Source of the DNA: Selaginella moellendorffii
Taxonomy: Eukaryota > Plantae > Lycopodiophyta
DNA length: 64,000 nt
Assembly (NCBI RefSeq): GCF_000143415.4
Contig: NW_003314396.1
Span: forward strand, 100,895 to 164,894
Direction of reading: 5' to 3'
The position numbers and the translations under genes were made by a program. Under the pieces are notes generated by a model. That model saw only the letters and a list, made by a program, of their open reading frames with translations. It ran no database searches and was not told the DNA's origin. Positions 51,790-64,000 of this stretch are shown here, one piece after another; position 1 is the stretch's first letter, and each line of letters starts with the position of its first letter.

Positions 51790-52790
51790 CAATGGAACTG
51801 CAAGTAGTTTGAGATTATTTGAAACAGCAAAGTATTGTCTTTCGGAGAGGAGAACCATGCAGAACTTCTTACACTCCTGACACAAAAATTAATAAAAGAA
51901 ATGAGAAGATCATACCAAAGAGTTATGAGTAACGAAGACTAAAGATTAATAACTTTGTTTTCGTGATGTGAGGAGGCTAGTAAGGATATAGCAGCATCTC
52001 AAAGTTTTGTCTCTACCAAATTGCTGCACACCTATACAATCTGGAAGATGGAAATGAACAAAACCAAAGTTCTTCTTTTATATCGTCATGTATTTCCATT
52101 GTACCTGCTAATTGGGTTAACCTGCTAAGTATTGTCTTTCAAGGAGGAGAACCACACAGAACTTCTTACACTTCTGACTCAAGAAATAATAAAAGAAATG
52201 AGAAGATCATACAAAAGAATTATGAGTAATGAAGGACAAAGATCAATACCTTTGGTTTGGTGATGTGAGGAGGGCAGTGAGGATATAGCAGCGTTTCAAA
52301 GTTTGGTCTCTACCAAATCTCTACACACCCTACAATCTGGAAGATGGAAACGAACAAAACCAAAGTTCTTCCTTTATATCTTCGTGTATTTCCATTGTAC
52401 CTGCCATTTGGGCTGGATTGAAGCTGTTGTTGGAGTAACCTTGCTCATGAGCTTACTCTTCAATCCTTCCACTCTAAACAATCATAGTTAGCAGCATGAA
52501 TGATGAAAGAAAGATTCTTTACTATTTTCTCCAGTCTCAAGTCTTCCTCTGGAAAACTTGAAAAACGTATTCTGCTGCTTGTGGGCAAGGCCAACCCTAC
52601 AAGATCTTCATTCCTGTCCCTTGTGATCTTTGTCCCTATCCCTTGCACCACCCTTCTTACCAACGCTGGCATTGCTGCTACATACATGTGACCAATCCCA
52701 ATCTCTTGGTGGAGAATTCTCGAGGCCTTGAGATCTTCTCACTAGTGATGCTGCTGCTGCTGCTGTGATTCTGGCTTACCTGTAGCATGA
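51790..52790. repeat. Unclassified dispersed repeat with an internal ~300-bp tandem duplication
   Basis: AAGTATTGTCTTT...GGAGAACCA...AGAACTTCTTACAC occurs at ~51830, ~52127 and ~59957; related blocks at 60230-60555 and 60860-61095. Confidence 0.6.
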
Positions 52791-52933
52791 AGTCGACTCT
52801 ACCATTGGGACTTTCAGACAGCCTTTCTGTCACCATACTATCATAAAAAGTTGTAACACGAAAAAGTTTAAAAGCATGATGATTAAAAAATGGTGCTCCA
52901 TATGTGATCCAAGACAAATTATAGCTCTTTAAG

Positions 52934-52956
52934 GAGAGAGAGAGAGAGAGAGAGAG
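52934..52956. repeat. (GA)n microsatellite
   Basis: Direct reading. Confidence 0.9.
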
Positions 52957-54050
52957 TGCACTCAGATTTACATGCTGCCTTTCCCTGTTCCTCAACACCC
53001 TGTTGCTTTTCCTTGCTCTTGTTCGCCCTAAAAGCCACAATTCAATTTTTCTCTGATTTGAAAAGTTATGACCTTCCACAACTATATATCAACTGTTACA
53101 TTTTGGCATATGCCCAGAATAAGCGTCCCCAGTATATGCCATTATTATATTGGATCTTTCTTTTAAATATATAAGTACTAGCAAAAGTCCCAGCTACGCT
53201 TTGTGTCTATTTTTAATATTTTAATAATTTCAAAGAGTTGTAAGTGTAATTATAATTTTTAACATAATTATAATCATAAAATATATATTTAAACATAACA
53301 TAATCTTAATATTATAAATCTCTTCTACAATTGATTCTATAACCAACACAGATCATAACATAATAAATATAACTTAGTACAATATATCATATTTAAAACT
53401 ATGATTGCTGAGTGAAGTTTTGGATATTCTAAAAATAAAATTTCTCACTATAGGATCACATGAGTCATTTTTTTAATAAAAAATTTTTAATTTTTTTTGA
53501 AATCTCTATATAATTCATAAAAATTTATTATTTATTAAACAATATAATTTTTACTCTAAATAAATCGAATATGATGTTAAAAATATATTTAAAAACTCAT
53601 CTAAAGTGCATAAATCTTTTAAATTTAAAAAATATAAACATTGTTATCGAGTTTATCTTTAATCATTTCAGATTGAATGTTATGGAATTGCATGATAATA
53701 AGTGAAAGATGTTAGCTTTATGTCTTTTATTTTCTTTTAAAAACTTTTAATATTTTACATATTTATCATTGATATTTCCTTTATAACTAATATTTTATTC
53801 ATGCATTTTGAGAATAATATTTAAAATAAAATCTTTATTATATATTATAAAAATTATTTTATGTATTTATTTTCATCAATATGAAAAAAGATTATTACCT
53901 CCCTATATTCATATATTTATATTTAAAATTATTTATTTATGAAACTGTTAAGAATGCTCAAATTTTATGATGATAAATGAATGGTAATGTTTTACTCTAT
54001 GCTGGGGTAGAGTAGGGTTTGATGATATATAATCTTTTCTTTATGATAGA

Positions 54051-54073
54051 AAACCCTAAACCCTAAACCCTAA
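54051..54073. repeat. Interstitial plant-type telomeric repeat (AAACCCT)3
   Basis: AAACCCTAAACCCTAAACCCTAA. Confidence 0.8.
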
Positions 54074-56342
54074 GGTCAGCAAAGCATGATGACAACAATC
54101 TTCAACAGCAACCACAATCATTACACAACTATACACTTGAAGAACTCTTCGACAATCTAGAAGAACAACCACAACCAACACAACATAACTTTAACAAGTA
54201 TGTCAACAACAACTTTGAACAACATCTTCTAGAAATTAACATGAAGTGCCTCGACACACCCACACATTGTGGCCATTATGCCATGCATCACAGCCATCAG
54301 CTTGACAAAAATACCAGGATAGAGCTCCTTTTTGATAGCTGCCGATGCACAGCTGGGACCCTAGGTCCTCTTGCATCTCTTGCTGATTTTTGTTGAGGGT
54401 TTGCAGCTCTTGAACAACATTATTGATAGTCTATACCTCAACACTGCCATCAACACCACATCAACATTAGGATTCTAGTGTTCTGCCTGCCTGTGATCAG
54501 CATATTTCAACACAATTTAGATCAAGTGACAATATGGTAAAACCTAATGTCACATAAGCCAGATGATAAAATCCTCTAGTATTTGTTCTAAGAAAGTTAC
54601 TAAGTTTCATGCCAAATTACACAATGCAACATAAAGGCAGTCCAGCACATGAAATCAAGTGACCATGAGCTGCCCAAACCAGTCTCTAGACCTAATTCCT
54701 GGAAACAATTTGTGTTTGGTTTTTCAATGCGTTTTTTTTTTTTGCTGGATCCAATTTAGTGAGTTTGAGGAGGGCAGGACAACTTACCTCCTTTTAGAAC
54801 AAATACTAGAGGGATAGTGCCTTCTCTAGTGTTAATCTTGCCCAAGGCAGTGCTAATCTCCTATGAGGTGGTATTAATCTTGCAAGAGGTGGTGTTAGAA
54901 TGTTTTAGGTGGTGGGATTTGACATCCAAATACCTTTTAAATCCATGCCATCTTACAGTAAATACTAGGGTTTGTACTTCATTGTGAGGAAGATGATGAA
55001 ATAGGTGTTCTTTGGACCTCTTAAGTATGGCTAGCCTCTTCAAGAAATTTCTATAGTAACATCAAGTGTGCAAGCACAAGGCCAACATGCCAGACAAACA
55101 TTTGATCTCTCTTCTCAGTTTTACAGTTACCTTTTATTCGCTCTTCATCAGGAATAGCTCCCTTACTATAGAGATGGTCTAGTCTAACATTCCTAAGCGG
55201 AAATGGTGAAATGGGAGCAGTGTGACAGACAGAGACAAGGAGGCACTACCCCTGTCCAGAAGCGGTATTGTGTACTCTTTTACTTGCATTTCCAGTTCCT
55301 TGGTGTTGCTGGTGGATTTGTTTTTCACATTGCTGGAGAGATTGTTACAACTCTTTACTTGCAGAATGAAGTCACATAAGCTATCGAGATTAGGGTAGTA
55401 GTAACACCTGGATAAGCTCTCAGCATTTGTCCTGATACTAATTAAATTAAAAATTAAAAATAAAGTGATAATAGATAAATAGTTACATTCAGTATCCTTC
55501 AGGTTTATCTCATTTTGCATATAAAAACATACATTAGTAAATTTATCTAGATTGCTACCACATTTATATTAAACCTCATAAACTGGCAATAGAGAGTGAT
55601 TCTCTCTACAAGATTCTCTCTACCCAAAATGTCAAAAATCCTATATTGCTAAAAATCTCTGAAAGTTAATTTGATAAATACATTAGTAATAAATTAGTCA
55701 ATACTACTTATTATTCAGCAATTATATAAAAAAACATGATTATAAATATACTTCGATTTAACACATTAATATGTTCATAATTATATGATAATATTTTGTA
55801 TATGATACTTTATTTAATGTTATATAATAACTTATCAATACATAATATAACATAAGATTATTTTATTTTGTATTTACATTGTTCTATCAAGCTTAGAGTT
55901 TTTTATAAAAGTTTATTATTGCATTTTATCTTCTCTCCTTCTTCATTCTCTTGTATTATAAATTAGAATATTGAAACTAAAATTTTAAATACTATACATT
56001 AATTATAAAATTAGATCTAACATATTAAAATAATCATGAATTACAATGAATCATGAATCATTATTGTTTTTGACATACAATTTTATACCATTATGAATAT
56101 AAAATACAAAATATTTTAAAAAATTTAAAAGAAAAAACTATAAAAAAGAACATCTGTAGAAATATGGTGTGAGTGCTTGGAATATGGAAAGGGAATACAG
56201 AAATGTGCATATAAATTAGCCCAAAAACCCTAGCTAATATATAGGAGCAAGTGGTCTAGATTGAAACTAATCCGACGGCGACTAAAATCCCACTGCGCTA
56301 ATATTAGTATATGGCATCGTAGCCGTACACTTGGCCCTCACA

Positions 56343-58608
56343 TCATCCCCTCCTCTCGGAATAATGGAAGACCATTAGGGTTCTTTTGTAGATGGGCCGG
56401 GATCTGGAGGAACATCAGGAGGAGGCATCGGTGGATTTGTAGATGGTATTAACTGCTCCTGATCCCTTTGTATGAAGCGTTTCAACCGCTGCACATGCAC
56501 AATCTCTGGAGGATCGGCCTGCTGGATGTCATGCCGAACCTCATAAACTTGTGGTCCAACTTGCCGTAACACCCGATACAGTCCTTTCCACTGTGCAAGG
56601 AACCCCTTAGATAAACCACATACCGTAAGATGGGGAAAACAGACTTTGTACTCCGCAGGTGGACGATGATGGGAGTTGTAGCACCGTTGTTGTCCCACTT
56701 GTATACGGCCTAAGTGTTCGGCAGACTCCGCTCGGACAAAGGGAAGAATGCTTGTCAAATATTGATCCCATGACCTAGCATCCGTAGCTCGTGGCAATCG
56801 TGAAGGTAAACCCAACTCCATTGGTAATATTGGATCATGACCATATAGGAGTTTATGTGGTGAAGCACCAATAGAACTCTGCACCCTAATGACATATGCA
56901 TATTGAAAAGACGGCAAATAACCATCCCAATCCGAATGCTGAAAGTTCACATACTTCGCAATCATCCCCTTGAACGTCTGAACGAGCCGTTCCACCAGAC
57001 CATCTGATTGTGGATAATAAGCACTCGTGAAAGTGTGGCAAATCCCCAACCGAGACGTCAAAACATGAAATGCCTCAGCCATAAATGCGGGACCATTATC
57101 CGAAAGAATCCGCTCTGGACAAGAATGCTGGAACACCACTCGATTGAGGAGGAAGTATCCAACAGCAGTTGCAGAGGCGCTAGCAAGAGCACCAACTTCC
57201 ACCCAATGAGTCAAATAGTCAAAAGCAATAATAACAAACTCATTGCCAGCAGTTGACCGTGGAAAAGGTCCCATAAGATCAAATGCCACCAACTCAAATG
57301 GACGGGAAACCGCAATTGACTCCAATTGTCCTTCCGCAGCCCGAGGGGGAGTATTACGAGCTTGGCACCAAACGCAACTACGCACATACAGGATAATATC
57401 ACGTCGCATCTCCGGCCAATAGAAAGACCTATGTAGCTTCTCGATTACACGACGATGTCCTATATGCCCACCTAGAACAGGAGAATCATGGTAGGCATGG
57501 AGAAACCACGGAATAAAGAGAGAAGGCACCACCAACCGTAAATGATCATTAGGATCTATCCCCACAAAATAAAGAAGGCCACCTTTAAGACGATATTGAG
57601 AATGTAAATGCCGGAAAGGCAAGTCATCAGCAAGTGATGCAGGATTCTCAAACCCATCTCGAAGCGTTTGAATCCATGGCTTAATCTTTTGAGCCTCGCG
57701 AACCTCATCAAGCGAAGGTAGATCTTGCTCTGCACTTTGTGGACACTGACGTCAAGTACAGCAACCACCGACGGCACAGAATCCTCATCTAGAAAATCCA
57801 CAGATGCTGGAACGACAGGCTCGTTAGAAACATGAGAAGAGAATGAAGAAGGAAGAGGAGCTTGAAAAAGGGCATTAGCATCAGCCATAGAATTCCCTAG
57901 GCGGTGAACAACATCAAAATCATATATCTGAAGCTTCAAAGCCCACCGAGCAGTACGACCAACTAGGTTCTTCTACTTTAATAACGAAGTAACAGCAGCA
58001 TGGTCACCTTCAAGTAACGTCCAAGAACCATGTAGATATGCATGAAGTTTCTCGAAAACCCAAACTGCTGCTAAACAATCCTTCTTTGTCGTGGAGTAGT
58101 TCATCTCCGCTGGTTGTAATGTACGGATTATATATGCAATGGGATGGCGCTGACCAGGCACACACTCAAACTCTTTGCATTAACACACCTCCAAGACCAA
58201 TGTCAGAAGCATCCACGTGCAAAATAAAAGGTCGAGTGTAGTCAGGATATGCCAAAACTGGAGGAGTTGTCAATAACATTTTGAGATCCCCAAACGCCTG
58301 CTCACAATCCGGAGACTAAATGAAAGATGATGTTGATGACTTCAGCAACGCTCGCAATGGTGCAGTGCGATTAGAAAGATGATCCACAAAACGCCCGAGA
58401 TACTGCACCTTGCTAAAGAAGTGTTGCACATCATTCACACACTTCGGAGTAGGGAACTTTAGAACAGCCATAATTTTGTCAAGATCAACTTGCAAACCCT
58501 CACGAGAAATACGATACCCAAGATAAGTTGTGTCCTTGGATCCAAACACGCACTTCGATAGCTTCAGCTTTAAACCAACGTCGTGTAGCCGATCCAACAC
58601 TTTACAAA
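56343..58608 (-). pseudogene. Decayed gypsy pol, family D (RT end, RNase H, integrase) with PPT 56343-56357
   Basis: LKLKLSKCVF, DAS, HPIAY...NYSTT, H-H-C-C, DLMGP, SDNG, YPQSDGLVER; GAGAGGAGGGGATGA then TG at 56342. Confidence 0.88.
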
Positions 58609-58662
58609 CTGTATAAAAGTGAAAGAGAAAGAGAGAAAAACAAACCTACCAATGTACACTTA

Positions 58663-59027
58663 TCAAAAGATCAATAGAACAGCCTCAGTATGTACCAAGA
58701 AGAGTTGAGTATCAATGACTTTAAGATCTTGGTGCAAAATGTTGATGAAGATATAGTACATATGCTTGCAAGGAGCATATGCCTTCCCATATTCCTTGCG
58801 CTTTATAAAGTCTGAACATATGCAAGAAGGAAAATCTTGAATGGTAGTTATGTATTCTCCACCTTCTATTTTGACTATATACTCTTTTGCAAGTGCAGTG
58901 ATATACTTCATAAAGAGAATCTCACACTCAGGATTTTGGTTTAGATCTAGCTTTTTGCATTGTCTAGATCTCCCATTTCCTTCTCATTTTTTGTCATTTC
59001 TCTTCTTTTGCTCTTTCTTCGTTTGTC
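58663..59027 (-). pseudogene. SWIM zinc-finger gene fragment
   Basis: Y.TTI..FPSCICSDF...PCKHMYYIF, the CxC...CxH SWIM pattern. Confidence 0.65.
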
Positions 59028-59030
59028 TTC

Positions 59031-59630
59031 ATGGCAGATCAGCAATCTCCTCCTTTGACTCTAGAGCAGCAGTTGGTCCAATTGCTTGATGTTATGCGCT
59101 TGCAATTGAACAACCAAACTCAATTGATGGCGGCATTCACGGCACGTGGTCCAACTCCTCCTGCTCTTGGTGCTAATCCTTGCGTTCGGCTGGAGTTCTT
59201 TTATGGGAATCCTGGGGATGATGTGTACCATTGGTTCGATCACTTCACGGTGATTGCCACATATCATTCTTGGGATGATGCTCGACGTTTACGTGAGTTT
59301 CCCACGTGTCTCCAAGGGACGACATTGCAGTGGTACAATGGATTGCGTGCAGCCACTCGTGAGGATTGGAGTGTTCTTCCGGACGTCTTCAAACGCGCCT
59401 TCGGACATGCTGACGATTGTGACGATGCCTTCCAGCAATTGCATCGTCTTCGCCAAGGGCCATCTGAGTCAGTGATGCAATTTGGAGTTCATTTCCGAAG
59501 TCTTTTGCTTCGTGTGGAGCCCAATATGTCGGAGCGGATCAAGCTAGGAATGTTGTGGCCAGTACTTCGTCAAGATCTTGTCGGCCTTGTGCATGCACTT
59601 GCTCCTGCCACCTTTGACGATGCTCTTCAC
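59031..59630 (+). pseudogene. Retrotransposon gag fragment (probably family D)
   Basis: FYGNPGDDVYHWF...LQGTTLQWY...W..L...F...LRQGPSESVMQF. Confidence 0.8.
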
Positions 59631-59929
59631 AGCCATACAAAGCAGCTTGAAGACACTATAATGACTAAACCTGATGCAGTACCTAAAAAATGGCCGATTG
59701 CGAATGGGGTTGTGCTCACCTCATATGAGATTGAAAACCTTGAGAAATCTGGTTTTAATCTTGAAAGAAGAGTTAGATACATAAGTGATAAAACTAGGAT
59801 TGTTCCCAAAGAGATGCAGCTGAGAGAGTGTATCTACATATCAACGACAAAACATTTGAAACAATAAAGAGCCACTCATAGTAAGTTAATAGAGGAAATA
59901 AGAAAAAATAAAAAGAAAGAATGGAACTG

Positions 59930-61100
59930 CCAGTAGTTTGAAATTCTCTGGCAACAAAGTATTGTCTTTTGGGGAGGAGAACCACACAGAACTTCTTACA
60001 CTCCTAACACAAGGAATAATTTTAGAAAAAAGATCATACTAAAGAGTTATGAATAACAAAAATCGATACCTTTGGTCTGGTGATGTGAGGAGGGCAGTAA
60101 GGATACTTCAGCCTCCTCTACTAAACCACCACAAACTTCTCAAACTGGAAGAAATGGAAACAAACAAAACCAAACTTCTTCCTTTTATATCTTTGTGTAT
60201 TTTCATCATAACTATCAATCGGGCTGGATTGAAGCTAGCAACCTTGCTCATGAGCTTCCTCTTCAATCCTTCCACCTCTGAAAGAAATTGTTTTTTACCT
60301 TCTTTCTCCAGACTTGAGTCTTCCTTCATGAAGCTTGAAAAACGTATTCCATTGCTCATGGGCGGTGACCGACACCACAAGATCTTTTTCCCTGTCCCTT
60401 GTGAGATTTTCATACCTGTCCCCTGTACCAACCTGCTCACTGACATACGTACATGTGACCGTTCATACTGGTGGAGAATTCTTGTGCAGCCTTGAGTGCA
60501 TCTCACTGGTGATGTTGCTACTGTTGCCATGATTCTTCTGACTTACCTATAGCATAAAATCAGTTCTATACTTGCCATTAATATACTACAATTAAAATAT
60601 GTGACACAAAAACATACCCCAACCAAAGAACTTACTTCAGCTCTGATAGCAAAACATAAAAAGCACTATGATTTCCTGTATCCCAAAATCATAACTGACT
60701 TTGTCTGAAAAAACTCTGTAATCACAAAGAAAGGATGGCTGTAAACGCTGCAAACACAGAAGCATTTTGGCATCTGTAAGTGCCAGAATTGTATGAATGT
60801 GTCCACCTGCGAGAAAGAAGCTTACCATAAGTGAAGATTCAAGCCGCCATAGTATATCTTAAAAACGTATTCCACTACTCGTGGGCAATGGCCGACCCCA
60901 CAAGCTCTTTTTTCCCTGTCCCTTGTGAGATCTTCATCCCTGTACCTCGCACCAACCTGCTCACTGACCCTGACATTGCCACTACGTACATGTAAACATT
61001 CCCAAAATACTGGTGGAGAATTTTCGCACAGCTTTGAGTGCATCTTGCTGGTGATACTGCTGCTTCTGCTGTGATTACGAATTACCTGTAACATGAAATA
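59930..61100. repeat. Further copies of the unclassified repeat seen at 51790-52790
   Basis: Shared blocks CCTGTCCCTTGTGA...TACATGT...TGGTGGAGAATT...TTACCT. Confidence 0.6.
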
Positions 61101-61599
61101 GGAAATGAAAAAGGATGGCTGTAAAAGCTGCCAACACAAAAGTATTTTATCCTGTAAGCGCCAGGATCATACGAATGTGTCCACCTGTGAGAAGAAACTT
61201 ATCATAAGTGAATAATCAAGCCACCATAGTGTATCTGAAACAAAAAATTTGTGTACTAAATTGAGGAAAATGGTATTTTCAAGGGGCTCACAATCTTGTT
61301 CCCAATGCTGCACAGTGATATATGAGAGTCAAACATAAAACCCTCAGATATATGAAAAGCCATAACCGTTTTAAGAGAGTGTTACATCTAAGCCATCCAT
61401 CCTAAAAATCTAAGGGTAAGAGAATATCTGTCCCCCGATGCCAATAGCACTTTTAAAAAGCACGATGATTTCCTGTATCCCAAAATTATAACTGACTTTG
61501 TCCGAAAAAAATATCCCACTCTGTAATCACAAAGAAAGGATGGCTGTAAATGCTGCAAACACATAAGCCTTTTGGTATCTGTAAGTGCCAAAATTGTAC

Positions 61600-62040
61600 G
61601 AATGTGGCACGAATTAACTGGTTTTTATTATTACAAGAATATAATCTTGAAATAATACATAAATTTGAAAAATTCTATGAACGAGTTGATTACATAAGCC
61701 ACTTCACTACAAAAGAGTCACCTACAGATACTCACTTATTTGTAATCTCTATGCTTACCACTTGGTTGAAAGATATATAAATCTATCTTTCTATAGGTAC
61801 CTTTCAACCTCACTATAACTCGCCAAAAAAAGAAGAAGTTGTTTGCCTTGAAGACATGACCTTACTCTGTTATGGGGGGAGTGTCTATGTAAATTAAGCA
61901 TTAATGGAATACTAAGATTAATAGGCAAGAAGAAAAAAATGAAATCCTATGGGAAGTTCACTCAGGCCCATCAAAAGGCCATTTTGCAAACAAAATCACT
62001 ACTAAAAAAGTCTTATAAGTAGAGATATGGTGGTCTATAC
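61600..62040 (+). pseudogene. Highly decayed gypsy pol scrap (RNase H end, integrase zinc finger), family E
   Basis: RINWFLLLQEYNLEIIHK...DYISH; EVHSGPSKGHF. Confidence 0.55.
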
Positions 62041-62047
62041 TTTGTGG

Positions 62048-62655
62048 TGGTCTATACTCAAGTGGGGCACCACTCCACATGAGCCAGAAGCACCACAATC
62101 AGTTTCCCTTCGAGAGTGCGAACTACTGTTGAGCTCTTCCTTGGGTAGCCCCTCGATCTCGGACTCAACCTCAAACTCGGTCTTAGACTCGATCTTGGAC
62201 TCGATCTTGAACCTAACCTTGGACTCTATCTTGAACTCAATCTTGGACTTAGTCTTAGACCGATCTCGGATCTCAAACTCGGTCTCAAACTCCATCTCGA
62301 AGTTGGTTTCGAACTTGGACTTGGAGCTGGTCTTGGACTTGATCTCAAACTCGGTCTCATTTGATAAACTCTTTATCATTTCGGTCGTGCTTTCAGGGAT
62401 CCCTTAGCCCATGACATCTCGGGGAGTTGATTGCTTACAACTCCACCACCCATAAAAGAAGTTCGATACCCATATCAAACATCTCTTTTTAATCCTATGA
62501 CTTGTTGACTCTGGGGCATCCCCCCACTTAGTGGTTAGCCAAGAGCCAATGATAATAGAATATAGATGTCCCTATACACTATGCCCTAATATGGGGTTGG
62601 GACTTGAACCCAACCTTGCTTTACTAGGGGGTTGGGACTTGAACCCAACCTTTGT
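62048..62655 (-). mobile_element. Old B-type 3' fragment (deleted LTR to 62439, PPT 62440-62453, 3' UTR)
   Basis: Reverse complement of the B LTR start, PPT and T-loop hairpins. Confidence 0.8.
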
Positions 62656-64000
62656 TGTAACGCACGTAGTTTTTGCCTTTTATCCTATGATGATTTACCA
62701 TAAGATAACCACAAAGTGAAACCTAAACCCTCTTTGTGCCACATGACAGATGCCATATGTCACATACCATATGTCCAAAGGACAGTGGTGTCGAACCTAA
62801 GTTTCAAGGCCTTGGCCCACTAAATGAAGGAACGGTGCCAAACTCCCAAGCATGGAGCTAAGGAGCAATGGCACTGGGGCACAGAAAAACTCTTGAGCAT
62901 ATAGCCCAAGGAGTGAAGGGACAGAAACACGGAGCGACTTGAAACAGTCCTAAAGTGTCTAGCATCTTAATGCCAAGACTAGCACGTAAAATGGAGCTAA
63001 ATAGAGTTTGGCACTATTTCAACATATTGGTGGCCTGACGTGAGGATATAGGTACTCTACCAACTAGCATGGTATGGAACTTGGGCTTAGACCCAAGCCG
63101 GACGCAGAACAAGGACAAGCATGCAAGCGGGAGCTAAACTATGCCTCAGGTTAGTCGGCCATGCTCGACCTACCCACTATCCCCCCATATCCCCCCCCCC
63201 CCTGAGGAACACACGCTTTGGGCTTTCACCCCAAACCTCCTTTAGTACCAGGAGTTAGTCTCTGGGACAAGCTCGAAACTTACTAAATATGGAATGTTCC
63301 TAGATTGCAAATTTGGACATGGGATGAACACCATTGTGTTCAGGCCAATCTCTACATTCCGTAGATATGCCAAATGAGCAAATCTAGACACTTTCCATAA
63401 ATAGCATTTGGGACCAAAATGAGACTAACACAAAAGGCATGATAGCGAGGGTGTTTGATAGACACAATAAGCTATCATCCAGCATTATTAAGGAACTAGT
63501 TTCAATACGTGAGGGTTCTTATCAAGCCAGTGTAAGATAAAGCAAAAGAGAACTAAAAAGCCAGGCCAAATATGCTTGGCTAAATAGACACTTAGGAATT
63601 TCATCCTTAGGCTCATCCGGCCAAGTACAAATGCAAAGTTCAGTTTACTAACACTTGAACAAGAGGGATTGATAAAGAGTCTAGCAATACCGACCTCCTA
63701 CCATCGTGGCAGTAAGGAGGACTAGCCGACGGGTAACTTTCGATACCCGAAGTCACATACGTGACACAATATAATAAAGTAGTATTATAGTATAGGAACC
63801 ACCAAGATCATTATGTGTAGAAAACATCAGATTCACCATCCAACATAATTCAATAGCCAGTGTATCATCAAATAAACTCAATGAGAAAACTTAACTACCG
63901 AAGATTATAGACAATATGTTAAACAACTTACGAAAGATAACTCAAAGAACACAAAGTATCCTTAATCGACAAGCACAATGCTTGCGAATGTATCACCCGA
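62656..64000 (-). mobile_element. Family C LTR (62656-63766) plus internal region running off the window
   Basis: Homologous to 13217-14360 with no TSD; downstream sequence matches ~27400-27610. Confidence 0.82.

Noticed and set aside
54861-55520. Host gene exons
   Set aside because: GC-richer island with short ORFs but no recognisable motifs or consistent exon chain.
56155-56342. Complete 3' LTR of family D
   Set aside because: The start after the PPT is clear, but there is no second LTR or TSD to fix the far end.

Overview
Repeat-dense eukaryotic DNA, probably from a land plant: it has plant-type (AAACCCT)n telomere motifs, tRNA-iMet primer-binding sites and very short ~46-56 bp GT-AG introns. 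A lycophyte/Selaginella-like host is my inference only. The window is almost entirely nested transposons. (A) Four copies of a non-coding, LARD-like LTR element. (B) A Ty3/gypsy chromovirus (35552-43384, TSD GTGGG) whose integrase is split by two short spliceosomal-type introns, plus fragments of it. (C) Solo and partial LTRs of a third family. (D, E) Decayed gypsy pol and gag pieces. The main finding is a ~21 kb DNA transposon (~13.3 kb without the nested gypsy) bounded by 21-bp terminal inverted repeats at 27866 and 49021. It carries a decayed Sola1/DUF7869-like DDD transposase and a divergent multi-intron gene that appears to fuse a ParB/Srx-like domain, a degenerate beta-class N6/N4 methyltransferase-like domain and an FCP1/NIF-like HAD phosphatase. 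It is studded with about 30 copies of a 22-bp palindrome (ATGGCRTGWGGCCWCAYGCCAT) that I found only inside this element and its partial duplicate, which suggests a parS/ParB-like system. A rearranged partial copy at 7272-13079 has an inversion breakpoint at the left TIR. All domain calls come from reading motifs by eye, not from database searches.
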